This document shows positions 14,301-26,854 of a stretch of DNA of 64,000 nucleotides, in pieces (the first letter of the stretch is position 1; each line of letters begins with the position of its first letter). The DNA lies in the NCBI GenBank assembly GCA_002633005.1, contig NMRA01000456.1:63147-127146 (forward strand), written 5' to 3'. The notes beneath the pieces were generated by a model. The model saw only the letters and a list, made by a program, of their open reading frames with translations. It had not been told where the DNA came from and ran no database searches. The DNA is from Phoronis australis (Eukaryota; Animalia; Phoronida). A program made the translations under genes and the position numbers.

Positions 14301-17300
14301 GTTGGAAGGTGGGTCCACAGGACACCAGCGTTTGTAAGTGTAGGGCAAACACTGATACAACATGGCACTGCACACCAGTGGTATTAACTAACACATATAC
14401 GGCAGTACCTGTTCTTCACAGCCTTTTGTTGTTGGTCAAAGAAAAGAGGAGTGTGAGCGTGAACCTGGAGGTTACGTATCTGACCAATAGGTGGCAGCTG
14501 CAAGTTGCACCACATCACAGACAGAGAGTGTGTACACACTGTCAGTGTGGAATGCTTGATTGTCAGTTCATCTTTACTGGAGTTGGTCAACGTGAGACGG
14601 AATTGGCAAGCAAGCTTCCTGAAAACAGCAGAGTTGATTGTGAAATTAGTAATTGAAATTGTTGTGCTTTCAAGATAAACACGGTAGGCAATGAGATAAA
14701 TATGTTTCCATTCCCCAGGAGTACGTTATGAACTCTTAGCGAAACAGTGACAGTACCACCCAAGTTTTACTTTTTCAACAATTCTATAAAAATACAAGAC
14801 TGAAGACAACACTGATGTCTACTGATTCTAGCTTCCTCAGAATCCTCTCATAATTTCACGATTTCATGGATAGTATTAGGAACATAGAACTAGGTAGTCA
14901 AAGAATAATACCCTTGCTAACAAACAAGCTGTTTTTTGCTATTACTAGTTAGCTTAGATATCGTCTCCTTCACAATAAAGAAATTAATGACCACAGCAGA
15001 TGTCAGAGCAATTTTTTTATAAAAACAAGTTCATGCTTTTTTTGAAAAAGACAAACATGAACTTGTTCTAGAAAACTAAAAAAATAACATTATTTTATAC
15101 TACATACTTGAATGATGTTCTTTGTGACTTGATATCCTTTTTCTTCGTCGAAGGAAACGCAAGATTGTTTCTAAACTTGACACACTGCTTAATACACTCT
15201 TTCTTCCACTTGGTATCATCAGAAACTGCTTTCTTTTTCGGTCGACAAAACTTCCCGTAGACTGGCTCCCATAAAACACTGACGGCAGAGAATCAAGAAA
15301 ATTACTATTGCAAAGTTACGTATAGTTCAGCCTTTGTATATTCAAATTTATCATAAACACAAAATGCAGTCAAACTCAGCTAAGTAGCAATTAAATCACA
15401 TCTTAGCTAAACAAGAAATTCTACACGCAACAAAAGTATCTAATTCCTTGATGAGTTTTTACATGTTTTTGATCATATATAACTATTTAATTTATTCAAT
15501 TTGAAGACAACGTGAGAGATACTTTAATCTTGAAATGAATTAATTAATTAATGAAATTAATGTAAATTCAACTTGCACTGCACCTCATATGACAAGCCAT
15601 AAATGCAAATAAAACTAACACAATTATCCTACTTACTATAATTCTAAACTTAATAGCACAAGATGTGAAATGAATCTCAATATCATGAAAAAACAGTAAT
15701 TTAGTATTAGGCACCACTTCACATGCCTGTCAAGTATGCAAAAAAATACATGCTGTTATGAATGTAGTCCATATCACAGGTTTCTGTTTCTTCATGTATC
15801 ATGAACTGTTTTAAAGCTGTATTTTGCAACTGTTTAGCCGTCAATGTTGAATTCTTAACTGTAACGCTTAGGGGATTTAAAAATATTATCACACTCATGT
15901 GATCTTGAATTACCGCCAATTCAGCAGGCAACTCAAGCCACAAGCAATGCGTACAGGCGCAGTAATTTAAGTGCTGGCCAACCCCATAAACTATGAAGTG
16001 CTTTCTTGGGTTTCTGATGGTTTTGGTGAACATTCCTATTGGTAAGAGAAATAGAACACTTTCATGGTAAGCAATATCAGAGAGGCCAACTTTATGAGAA
16101 TACAAGGCACAATTTGATTTCCATTTTTAACCAGCTAAACAGTAAGAGCAAAATTTGCAGCTTTAACTTTAAAAATTTCTTTAACCAAACTTCACACTCA
16201 ATGACAAAGAACACCTCATGAGTTCCATGTAAATCTCAAACTTTTATAAGTCAAATTCACAACAAACATTAGAAAGTTCAATTTAATATGTAGACGTAAA
16301 AGTTTTGAAATATCAAAATACACACTTTTCATTTGATAATCCTGACCATCTTTTGCAGACCTGTCCGACGAACATGAGACTTGCAACATCAAGGTATGAA
16401 AATATCTTCAGCAGCAACTCATCAGGCAGCCTGAAAGTAAACCACAAAGATAACCAACTCATCTAAACTTTATTTGGATTTAGTTCCAATCCATTGTTAT
16501 CCTTTGGCAGGCCACATTTCAATGCATTGTCATACAACGTGAACCATAGGCCATTAGTGTGTGTTTATTGGTTTAAAAACAAATGGCCACGTGTGAGTTG
16601 GAAAAATAGTGTTCACCTTTGGTAGGTCCTTTGTTTTATAAATGTCTGCACACACACTAACACAAAGCACTATCCTTTCACATTGTCTGTATCACCGTCA
16701 TTTCAGTGTCTGGATCATCGTCATTTCACATTGTCTGGATCATCGTTATTTCACATTGCCTGGATTACTGTCATTTCACAATACACATTATGGTGCAACA
16801 CAAAAAATGTTAATGCCAAGAATGTGCTTAGTGTACGTTATTTGTCCACTGATGAGCAATTGATGTTCTTAAGCACAACAAAATAACATATTACCATACA
16901 ATCTTACCAATCAAAGGAAACATTGTTTCCTTTTATGTTGAGACCTTTCACTCCTCTCACAATGTAATTGGTTGGAACTTTTCTTGTAGACTGACCTGGT
17001 TGTCTTGCTGGTTGTGAAGACTTAGCTGCCAATGTCTGTTTTTGTGCACTGCGCTTTTTGGTTTCAGCATCAGGAACTTTTCTCAATAATGACTTTGCAG
17101 ATTCATGGTTCCTTGACATACAAAGAAGAAAAAGATATTATTGCTGGTTACTTAACACCTTTTTAAAAACAATAAAATATGTGACTTTGGACAGGACTTA
17201 CACAAGTGTGCATGATCGTACTAAGAAAATATTCTGCTGTAAGGATTATGCTGGGTTACTTGGGTTTGGATTACTTGGATTGAGTTATCACCCCATCGAC

Positions 17301-18528
17301 AAATACGTCATCAAAAAGCTTGGAACATATGATAGCAATAACACCCTTTCAAATGTTGTCTATGGCTGAGTATAGAACAAATCCTGGTGCGAGCAGTGTA
17401 AAAATGACCAGTTGCCGATTTGGGCAACTGAACAAAGGACTGTTCGAAAAAAGTTGGAGTATTTATTCAAGCTTCGAAGAGTTAAAGACATGCTTGCTGC
17501 AAATAATTTGCTATTAAACAAGGAAAACACCCATTTCTAAAGATATGCGGGAATATTCACCGCTGCTGTTTCAGCCTTGTTCTGAACAGCTTTCACCAGG
17601 ATCAAAGAGAGCGCAGCACCACAGTCAGAAACAGTTGTGATGACCGCATTGTCCAGTGCCAACAAGACGCTATTAAGTGTAGTTACCCGACCATAAATGG
17701 TAGTAAATGTCTCTGCATGTACATACCGGCAAATTTTCAAAATGCCTAAACCAATAATTCACTTAAAAAATAAAATAAAAAGATAGCAATCTAGCAGGAA
17801 ACTAAACAAAATAGACTGGATTATTAAAAATAACATGACAAAAACAGTAATGAAACATATTTAAACCAATGATCATTTGGAAGATGGCCCTTTGTCAAGA
17901 TGGACCTAAGTTGACATTTCTAGACTAACATGTCATCAAACCCGTACTTTCAACATTTCAGCCTGTAACTCTGTGCAAATGTCAGACGGAGAAACCAATT
18001 TCAGTGTACAGAGTGTAGTAACAACCACAACTGTTGAGAAAGTAGTGTAGCCATAACATTTCTGCTTCACTAGCTTGAATACAAAGGACGTGCTGAACAG
18101 ATGCAATAAAAGTTGTATGAGGGCAAATGGAATCTCAGCAGTGACTTGAGTGACCAGAGTAGACAGTGTAAGCCAGAAATTCTCCTCATGAACTGCCTTC
18201 TAAGATGTCCCTCTATGTGCTAAAGTACTCATAGCAACATGATTTTGATGGTTTGATCAGTGTGAAGCATACTTCGCCAAAAAGCTTCCGGCATAAGGAG
18301 GGCCTATGGGATGATTACCGTCTCTACTGCGGCTTGTTGAGACGGTACGGGTAGGATGGTACGGTCTACCCAGTCAGTGGCTCTGTTGCCGTTGGCGCGA
18401 GACTGGCCACCGAGTCTGTACAAATTGCACGTATACCTGTCTTCATTTGGGTTCACTTGTTCGCCGCAAGGTTTCTTGTGCGAATTTAAGTATTCTTTAA
18501 GTCGAGATCGATGGTGAGGACTGGCCAT
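8332..18528 (-). CDS. FBXO15: F-box only protein 15 (about 514 aa, 12 coding exons)
   Basis: Exons 18528-18437, 17111-16908, 16430-16326 (F-box LPDELLLKIFSYLDVASLMFVGQVCKRW), 15278-15108, 14618-14409, 13930-13712 (GLFVGTWKEDGELAFIALCLHIHNLRERCLFGS), 13367-13312, 12947-12849 (ILDDIDSQYGLHDY across the junction), 11616-11495 (LPWRTDLFEG), 10865-10804, 9262-9148, 8421-8332 (INDWFGTNY*). All phases are consistent and the C-terminus matches vertebrate FBXO15 (INHWFGTEY). Confidence 0.92.
11277..11345. repeat. (CAT/ATG)n microsatellite, imperfect
   Basis: Runs of catcatcat in an FBXO15 intron; they produce the spurious poly-Asp ORF. Confidence 0.9.
16676..16779. repeat. About 25-bp minisatellite, about 4 copies
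   Basis: Unit TTTCACATTGTCTGGATCATCGTCA with variants, in FBXO15 intron 2. Confidence 0.85.
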
Positions 18529-18845
18529 AATTACGCAAGCACGACCAGATCCCACTGGCCGTACCAACTTCCACGGCGACCGTTCTTAAAAATGTTTACA
18601 TCTGTGCAAAAGCAATACCGTTATTATGGACTCAGGACTCTTGGTTTTTTAAACACATCACATTTTCTTTCCGTTTACACAAGAGATTTATACAAAGAGG
18701 GATATAAAAATGTTTGAAACATGAATATCTTATGAAATATTAATTTGAACAAAGTACTTTTAAGATTTGACATTTTCAGTTAACACGCTAATGCGCATGT
18801 GCATGAACAGCGTCATTTGATACGGTGAAGGAAGACTTGTGCAAA
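18529..18845. promoter_or_regulatory. Bidirectional promoter region between FBXO15 and HSBP1
   Basis: The divergent ATGs are only 317 bp apart. An NRF1-like motif TGCGCATGTGCA lies at 18792-18803. Confidence 0.65.
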
Positions 18846-21800
18846 ATGGAATCAGAATACACGTCAACTGTCGCTGATCCAAAAAATGTTCAAGATCTCA
18901 CAACATTTGTAAGTATTTGGAAACTTCTGTAACTTAACTTTGTTATAAAAAATTAAATGAGTAACCTGTGATCTGCTCCCTTTCAAGTTTCATAGTTATT
19001 GATTGTGATTAGTACTCAGTATCGTCCGGTTACCTATTTTCGTCAGGCTCCAAAGTTCGTCCGCCATCTTGTTTCGCGTGCAGCGCAACCACGCGGGACT
19101 TAGCGTTCCAATTTGGAGTTCTCGTCTGCACGTTAGGTACTAACTTATCGGAAGAGACACGTATCAAAGTAATGAGACAAAAATCGGTGAGTTTACCGAT
19201 TGTTTTTTAAAACCACTTAAAAATCAGTAGATTTTACTAATACACTTTTTTGTGCGTTTTCAGAAGATGTTTTCGAATTTAAATTTTCTTCCGACGGGAC
19301 ACAAAACATGATCCAGGGTTTGTTTATGCAATGTATCTGTTTGTCCCAGGCACTAGTAGGATCTAGAAGGCCAAAGGAAAAATCCGCAGACAAATGCGAT
19401 ACGCTGGGTTCTTAACATTTTTGCCTCACGTTCACCATTAAACTGCATTGAAATGTTGACCAATTGGCTTTTATTGGAAACCACAGTGCAGAGCTCAACA
19501 TCAAAGCTTCAAATCGAGTTTATGTCAATAAAAACAGGCTGTTGCAATTTTCATTACTTCGTTGGCCTTTTTCTGCATGTTTCTCAGTTTTTACAAAAGG
19601 GGGCAGCATATGACGAACTTAGGTGTCACAATAAAATGGCTGCCGAAGGCAGTGCACATTTGAAATAACTCGGCACAAATTAAAGAAAACTTCCGAATCG
19701 ATGAATGCGGTATATCTGTGAGAGTTGAATCGAATCCTATTCAGATCATAACTTTGAAGTGGAATAATTCGGTGAGTACAACAGCAAGTCGGTTTTATGC
19801 TTAGGCGGACGAACATTGGGTTCCCCAGTATACTGTGTACCTAATTATAAATTATCGGACGGACAGGCCTTTATGCAGCGTACGTCCATTTGGACGCCCT
19901 AGCACTAATCTGGACGCCCTGGCAAGGACGCCCAATGTATCATTTGGATGCCCACTGTCAACAGGAACCTTTCAAGTTTGGACTCACACATTGTAATGAA
20001 TACTGTAGTGCCAACTACGCCAATGTAATGATTTCAAAAGGTCTTACCTTACATCTTAGTTGTCCGTGGTCGAGCTCAATAGTTCTGCTTAGGTGTGTGG
20101 TCTGGGTCTCGAATGCCGCTCTGCATCCAAACATGTGTATCGGCTGCAGGGTCGCTTAATTAATATTCATGATGCGCCCTCATTGGCCATTACTGGTATA
20201 TGGGCCGGACAGCCAACGTCAGCAGTCTCCAAGACAAACAACAGTCATCTTCCGATGCCAATAGAGGGCGCGTGCGGCTGAAAGCCAGCGCAGCAGTGAG
20301 ACAGGTCAAGTGACGTCTCACTACAATACTAGGAAGCCTCTGAAGGCTCACAGTGGGGGCTCTTTTTTCAAAGCAGGAAGAAATATACAATGTACATACA
20401 AAGTATATGCATTGATGCTATTTTGACACTTGATTGACAGCATTGTAAAGGTCTTGGTCTACACATTTCTTTAGTAAAAATGCTCACCATATAAGGCTGT
20501 GTTATAAACTTAGATGTAAAACCTTGATCTATGCACTTTTTGTAAAAAAATATGTGTGTTTGGGGGTATTGCTGGGGGTGGGGGTTACGCGTCGGAATCA
20601 TGGACGCCCTGGAATATTGGGAACCCCATTTTGGACACCCTATTTTCAAAATCCTGGATAAAGGCCTGCGGACGGAACCTAAATATCGGACATTTCATAG
20701 AATCTTACTTGAAGCATAATTTAAGAATTAAATGACACCAATTTTTGTTCCGTTGTAATGCATTCAATGTCCGGCACCATCTCGTTTTTTACAGCGTTGC
20801 CTCGTATGATTTCACCGAGAGAGGGTGCAATTTAGACCCTCAAGTCGGCCTAAAATGGACGATTGCATAAATCGGTTATAAAAGTTGAAAATAAAATCTT
20901 TTTCCACAATGAAACCATCTCATTGAACTGACAATATGTCACTGTTCCATTTTTTCATTTGTTTTTAAACTCAAGTCAAACCCCGACCGCGCACGTGTGG
21001 GTGTCATATCAAGAAGCCAAAGTGATACTAAAAACTGCAGTGAGTTTGCACGTGCTTTAGTCATCTGCACTATTTCATCGAAACGACTTAATTGGCGCTG
21101 TCATCAGATTTCATTTTATGGATAATTTTGTTGCGAATGTACTGTGTTCTAGCAGCATATATGTCAAAACACTCGTGCTAAAATTTGGCTACAAGGTGCC
21201 CGCGGCCATTACGTGGTTAGTCAGTTTTCAGCGGTGTGGTGTATGGGGAAACATGGTGTCCGATATTTAGGTTTTCCGAAGGTTTGCTTGTTGTTTTTTA
21301 AAGATCAGTCGGAACATAAATGTGGCTTTCAGTGACAAGATATAGTAACAGAACAATTCCATGAATGTAAGTCTTTATTTCAGCAAAGAATTTACAACAA
21401 TCCATAGTATTTTCAATTAAATATAATGCAAAATGTGCCAAAACGTCCGATAATTAGGTCACTTTACTGTAATTGATTGACGCACAACAGAAATAGGGGG
21501 CGAATTTACAGTGTCCTGCTCCAGTGTGTTCGCAGCACATTCACAGTCAAAACACAAAAGGCCGATGCGACGCAACTTCTGAGTAGGCCTTTATCCAGGA
21601 TTTCGAAAATACGGTGTCCAAAATGGGGTTTCCAATATTCCAGGGTGTCCATAATTCCCACGCGTAACCTCCCACCCCCAGCAATCCCCCCAAACACACA
21701 GATTTTTTTACAAAAAATGCATAGACCAAGGGTTTTACATCTAAGTTTACAAAACAGCCTTCTGGTGTAGACCAAGACTTTTACAATGCTATCAACCAAG

Positions 21801-24800
21801 TGTGAGCAAAGCAACATTGTATATACTTTGTATAAACATTGTATATTTCTTCCTGCTTTGAAAAAAGAGCCCCCACTGTGAGCCTTCAGAGGCTTCCTAG
21901 TAATCATTACAATGTGTGTGTCCAAACTTGAAAGGTTCCTATTGACAGTGGGCGTCCAAATGATACATTGGTCGTCCTTGCCAGGGCCTCCAGATTAGTG
22001 CTAGGATGTCCATTTGGACGCCCAGGACATACGCTGCATAAAGACCTGCTTCTGAGTGAGTCAGGTGAGCTGTTTCAAGGTCAAGTACATATACGGAATT
22101 ACCCGATGAGTTACAGATGGACAATGGCAATAGCCAGACTATTTCATAACCTTCCGTGATGAACCAACAAGTGCCGTTATCCATCCGCAACCCGTCGCAT
22201 AATTCCATACAGTACTAGACTTTTACTGGAATGGCTCCGTTGTCCTGCGAGAATATTCTTAAAGCCTGTGAAATTCTCCTGATTTGAAAACCTGCTTCTG
22301 CTATACAACATCAGGTCAGTCTTATTGAAGCCATTTCTGTGTCACACAATAAAAACAGCTAATTTAAGAAGTTTGTATCGTAGAGTTAAGACTTAACAAA
22401 TGTGTCAGCTCATCAACCGTCAACCTGACACTAAATGCAAACAACTTGAAATTTCTTTTTCGGAATTGAGCAGTATCAGTGCGGAAAAGTGAAGTCCACC
22501 TTGTGGCTAACTTGTAATAAACTTGATTGTGGTAGTGTGAACTTTGGAATTCCTCTGGGGAAGAAATGGGAAAGAGAGAAAAATATTTCTTGTGTTTGGA
22601 AATTCTGTTGTTATTATTATTATTATTATTGTTATTATTATTATTATTGTTATTATTATTATTGTGATATTTAAAATGAGGGTGGCCTCTTCAGTGATAG
22701 CACTGCTTTCCAAGAGGGCCTTCAACAAGAAAAACAGTATTATAATACAATGAAGTAATAAAACAACAATGAAATATACCTAACAAAGATACAATTAAAA
22801 CAGGTTGAGAATTAAGACATTAACTAAATGACGAATAATGGTAAAAATTTAACTAAGACAGATGAAATAAATTAAGAGATGACTCCAGACAGTGAGAGTA
22901 TTTACGACAATGAAAAAATTAAAAAAGAGGTTCGGATTTGGTGGGAAATTGGTTGCACAAGCTGGTACCTTTATTAAATGTAATGATGTACACGATAATG
23001 TCACATGGTCAATGATGAATATCGCGTAGAACAACCTTGGTTGTTATCTCAGGTGCTGCACTTTTGTATTCAATATTGAATTATTGATTACCTTGAGTTT
23101 TAATACTTATCTGGTAATGTGTTGGCTTTATCAGTTATGAATTGACAAATAATGGAAGAAGTTTGTATTGCACATGATGTATTTGCAAATATTCCTGCCT
23201 TATAATTGCTGCAACCTGGCATTTTTGTTACCATGAGAGTTTTATCAATGCTAATGGAAACACTCACTTCTTTGAAACCTATCAATTGTACTGATTGAAT
23301 GTCTGTTAGCATGTGCTTAATAGCTACATAAGGCACATTTAGGTACAAAGTATGCCCTTTCATCCACAACAATGTTTGGTAATAACTGTGGCTCATTTAT
23401 AGTTTTTCAAATGTATATTACTTAAGTATCAATTGTCAGTGTTAAGTAACCTTTTCAAAATTTTGTCTGGAGCACTGTTTTAAAGGGGCATTACCTTAAT
23501 GTATGTTGCAGCCTTACTAGGATACACTGTCTTATTCATTCGGGAAATTAATGAAAGAAAACTAATGGGGGGACTCCATGTTCACAGTTACTTGTTGTGG
23601 CAATGAAGAAAGGTCATTCTTTTTGGCTGAATATGATGCCTGGAGCTAAAAAACACTGAAGTTATCACCAGCGAGCTGGGTAAACTCCGAGGTCACCAAA
23701 AATCTTAAGTTTCTCAAACGTCCCACAGGTGTTCATTTGCAAGGCAATGCTTGATATTCTTAAACTAACTTTTGCCCATTTGTGCATTGTTTTTTCTTTA
23801 AAAAAGTTATTGTAAAATGCTCAGGTAATAGTAATTAATTTTAACTAATGCAGTAAAATCATTTTCTAACTGCGTGCCATGCTAACAAAAATCCAAATGT
23901 CAACGAAAAGTTAAAAAATATCTTTGAAAATACCAACAATCGATGGAATTTCGTGCGGATCGCTATTGCAATTGTTGTGTGATGTCATGAAATATTTGAA
24001 GCTGTGGTTGGCCTGTAATAAGTGAATAAAAACCAGAAAAGCTATTATATTTAGACTTACTGTCATTAAACTTTGGGTTTTAATGTTAATTGCTTCTTTA
24101 CAATTAAAGCTGCACTCCGTCCTGTTTAGCTGGCTAAAAACCAATATCAAATTGCAGCAAATCTTCACTTACGGTATTTAGTGCCCAATATGACCGACAA
24201 GGAAAATTGTGTCAAATTGATCCACAAAAATAACAATTAACCATTTTTATGTAATATGTTTGCACTGGACAGGTGTAGATTTCATAAAACGACAATTGGT
24301 AAAGTTTCCTCAAGTTTCCAGCAAGGTCAGTCTCGAACTACCCCTAAGCCTGATAGCAATTCTAATTCCATTACTAACAAGAACAAAGAAAACTCAAGAT
24401 CACTCAAAGAACATCAAAATGATGAGCAATTCAAGAAGTTTGTATTAGAAATTACAAAATAGATTCCTGTCATGGTAAGGGGTATCATGAGATAGATTTT
24501 GTGAGAGTGAAAGGATTCATTTGTAGCCACATTAACAGGGTGAAATACAGTTTGGGTATGAGTGGCCTTATGAACAAGTGTGTGTACTTAGCCATATATT
24601 CCCAAAACTGGACTTTAAAGCTTAACTTCAATGGAATTTTGTTATTTTAGATTTATTCAGCTAACCAGGTAGTCTTAGCAAAGCCTTAGCAAGATGAGAA
24701 AATGTGAATTCAATTATGCAAATGATGGCCTGTCAAATTATAGATGAAGCTGTCTTTTCGTACCATATTGCGTCACTGTGACAAAATATAACAACAAAAT

Positions 24801-26854
24801 ACCGATAACAGTTGAAAGCCCGTAGAATTTCATTTTCTTCTTCGTACCCATCAGCCTTTAATTCGGTGATGAGACCATATCTTTATTTAAATTTAGCAAA
24901 AAAAAGAAAGGTAAAATAAAAGCAGAACAATATGTGTCTTTGCAATATAAATGTTCACAATAAATCTCAAACGTCTTATGGTTACATTTTTAGTTATTTG
25001 ATAAAGTTGTGATAATGTTTAAAAAATAATGATCATTCCTTTTATCTGTGCTCAAAGCACGCATTGGGTACTTATCAACACTCTCTGTTGCTCTTGTCTA
25101 ACTCTTGTAATATTGTAATATAAGTGTAATACTGCACGTGTAATTATGACCAATTAAAAGGCTTGTTTTCTTTTTCAATAATGTTTATTGTTAGCCTTCT
25201 TTTTGTGTATTTGCAGGTGCAGAATTTACTGCAACAGATGCAAGACAAATTCCAGAATATGTCTGACCAAATCATCACGAGGAATATCCTTTTAGCACTT
25301 GATAAGCTTTATGTGAACATAGTTTGACACTAAAACAATTTCTTTTCAACACCAGGTTTGACATAAGTAAATGCTCGAAAGTGTGCGCGGAAAAACTAAA
25401 ATACCGTAGGATAGAAAATTGACCTCACTGGTATCAGTCTGAGTGGGTTCTGATGGGGGGATACAAGTGACAAATATGCCATCACCCACATTTTTGAGCG
25501 GACATTTTCGCCTGTGTCGAGCGCTGAACACAAATAACAGTTACTGTAGATGAACTAATGCTGCACTGCTCTGTAATGGGGGACTTGCAAATTTATTTTC
25601 GCTGCCAGGATCGATGTGGGCTGTTCTGGTCCTCATCTTCCCATGTATTTGATTGCTGTGGACAGTGATTGTTTATTGTTGATCTTTTGGAAATTGTAGA
25701 TCAATGTATTGAAAAAAGTTGTCAAATGGTAGTGTAATTAATCAAGAATGACCTTTAAAATCTTTTGCATTCATGCTTTGCAAAGTATTTGTAATCTCTT
25801 TATGTCTTGCGCTCGATTGGTAGTGCTTGTACCTACATCGCCACGGCTAGGTCGGTGTATCATTCTCGGCTATTACATGACATTTACGAAGTTTGTATAA
25901 AGTTATGGGCCTGGATTAAATCTGGAGGCAGCGAAGTATCAATTTGTGTCCTTTTCACTCAACAGTTGAATTAAATTACCATTACTTTACGTTCGATAGT
26001 GCAACAATTAGACTTCTCTGTAATGCTGTTTTCAGTGTACGATATGTGGTACGGTCAGTGTTTTTGCGCACGTACATGTGTAAAAACCCTGCTTTTAGTC
26101 AAAAACAAACTTTTTTGATTTAGACCGTTAGCTTGTTCCTATAGTTTGGAAAGAACTGACATTTTTTTAGTCTTTTTCAGTTGAGACAACATGCTCAACA
26201 AAGTCAGCTTGCTAACAAGGATTGGCCTATTGTATGAGCTTTCCAATAGTTACAAACTAATGTATGAATTTATTGCAAGCCTAGAAGCCACTTCTCATCT
26301 GATAATTTCTGGGAAAGCATTATTTATGTTAGACGTTTTTTTTTGGATGTGACAAGCAGTTTTACATGTGGATTTTGATTTCAAGGAATTTTTTGTAAAA
26401 ATTTAATGCTTCCACAGGAATGCGTGTTAACTTGCCTTAATTCTGAGTAGGTCTGTGTGTATGAAAAGCAGTTATGAGGCTACCCTGGTGTGTGGTGAGG
26501 TATGCCGTGATATATGTTGTCCACAAAGAAATTTTCAGCAAGACGTTATAAGTACACTTAAAATACTTGGCTACTTGTAACTTAGGCTTTTAGCTTTACC
26601 AGCAAAGCACCGACCCACTGACAGCTGAAGTTGTGGGTACCATTTTGGGGCTCATCTTAAATACTAACTCAACTTTGTTTGCTGATAATGTCACTTTAAG
26701 AGGAGAGAGACTGCCACCTGGTAGAACTAACTCCATCGCTGTTGTTACCAAACCTTAACTGTTTTCACTAGATGAGATGGGCAACCGTATTGACGATCTG
26801 GAAAAGAATGTCTCTGACCTCATGACCCAAACTGGAGGTGATGATGAGAAGTAG
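18846..26854 (+). CDS. HSBP1: Heat shock factor-binding protein 1 (71 aa, 3 exons)
   Basis: Exons 18846-18908 (MESEYTSTVADPKNVQDLTTF), 25217-25283 (VQNLLQQMQDKFQNMSDQIITR) and 26769-26854 (IDEMGNRIDDLEKNVSDLMTQTGGDDEK*). Strong match to the HSBP1 coiled coil. Not present in the supplied ORF track. Confidence 0.96.
19864..20668 (+). mobile_element. hAT-type MITE, copy 1 (carries a nested insert)
   Basis: TIRs CAGGCCTTTATGCAG / CTGGATAAAGGCCTG, with a perfect 8-bp TSD CGGACGGA at 19856-19863 and 20669-20676. Confidence 0.9.
20004..20325. mobile_element. Putative solo LTR (322 bp) inserted in hAT copy 1
   Basis: Ends TGTAGTG...CACTACA with 4-bp TSD ATAC (20000-20003, 20326-20329). It is precisely absent from hAT copy 2, which shows the empty site. 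Confidence 0.75.
21584..22048 (-). mobile_element. hAT-type MITE, copy 2 (inverted relative to copy 1)
   Basis: Ends TAGGCCTTTATCCAG / CTGCATAAAGACCTG, with a perfect 8-bp TSD CTTCTGAG (21576-21583, 22049-22056). It is the reverse complement of copy 1 minus the 322-bp insert. Confidence 0.9.
22091..22210. mobile_element. Short palindromic MITE (related copy at about 32578-32675)
   Basis: TACGGAATTACCCGATGAGTTACAGATGG.. pairs with ..CCATCCGCAACCCGTCGCATAATTCCATA. The same left arm recurs at 32579. Confidence 0.7.
22607..22664. repeat. (TAT)n microsatellite
   Basis: tattattat runs interrupted by tgt; they give the spurious poly-Ile and poly-Tyr ORFs. Confidence 0.95.
25284..26768 (+). other. 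U12-type AT-AC intron (HSBP1 intron 2)
   Basis: 5' site ATATCCTTT at 25284, branch point CCTTAAC at 26753-26759, and 3' end ..TTTTCAC at 26768. Splicing restores the R-I-D reading frame. Confidence 0.95.

Larger units (their letters stand above)
19826..21469. mobile_element. Tc1/mariner-like non-autonomous element (outer layer of the nested stack)
   Basis: Imperfect TIRs: left CAGTA..GTACCTAATTAT..CGGAC, right GTCCGATAATTAGGTCACTTTACTG followed by TA. There is also an internal inverted pair ACCTAAATATCGGAC (20677) / GTCCGATATTTAGGT (about 21258). Confidence 0.55.

Noticed and set aside
17935-18200. About 85-codon open frame on the minus strand in FBXO15 intron 1
   Set aside because: Not needed for the FBXO15 phase, no homology, weak splice signals.
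19890-22208. Duplicated ORFs (WQGRPMYHLDAHCQ; CPKWGSQYSR) on opposite strands
   Set aside because: Translations of the two non-coding hAT MITE copies, not genes.
22850-24200. Faint resemblance to a highly decayed Penelope-like retroelement on the minus strand
   Set aside because: No intact RT or GIY-YIG motif is readable. It needs a translated search, so I cannot support it.
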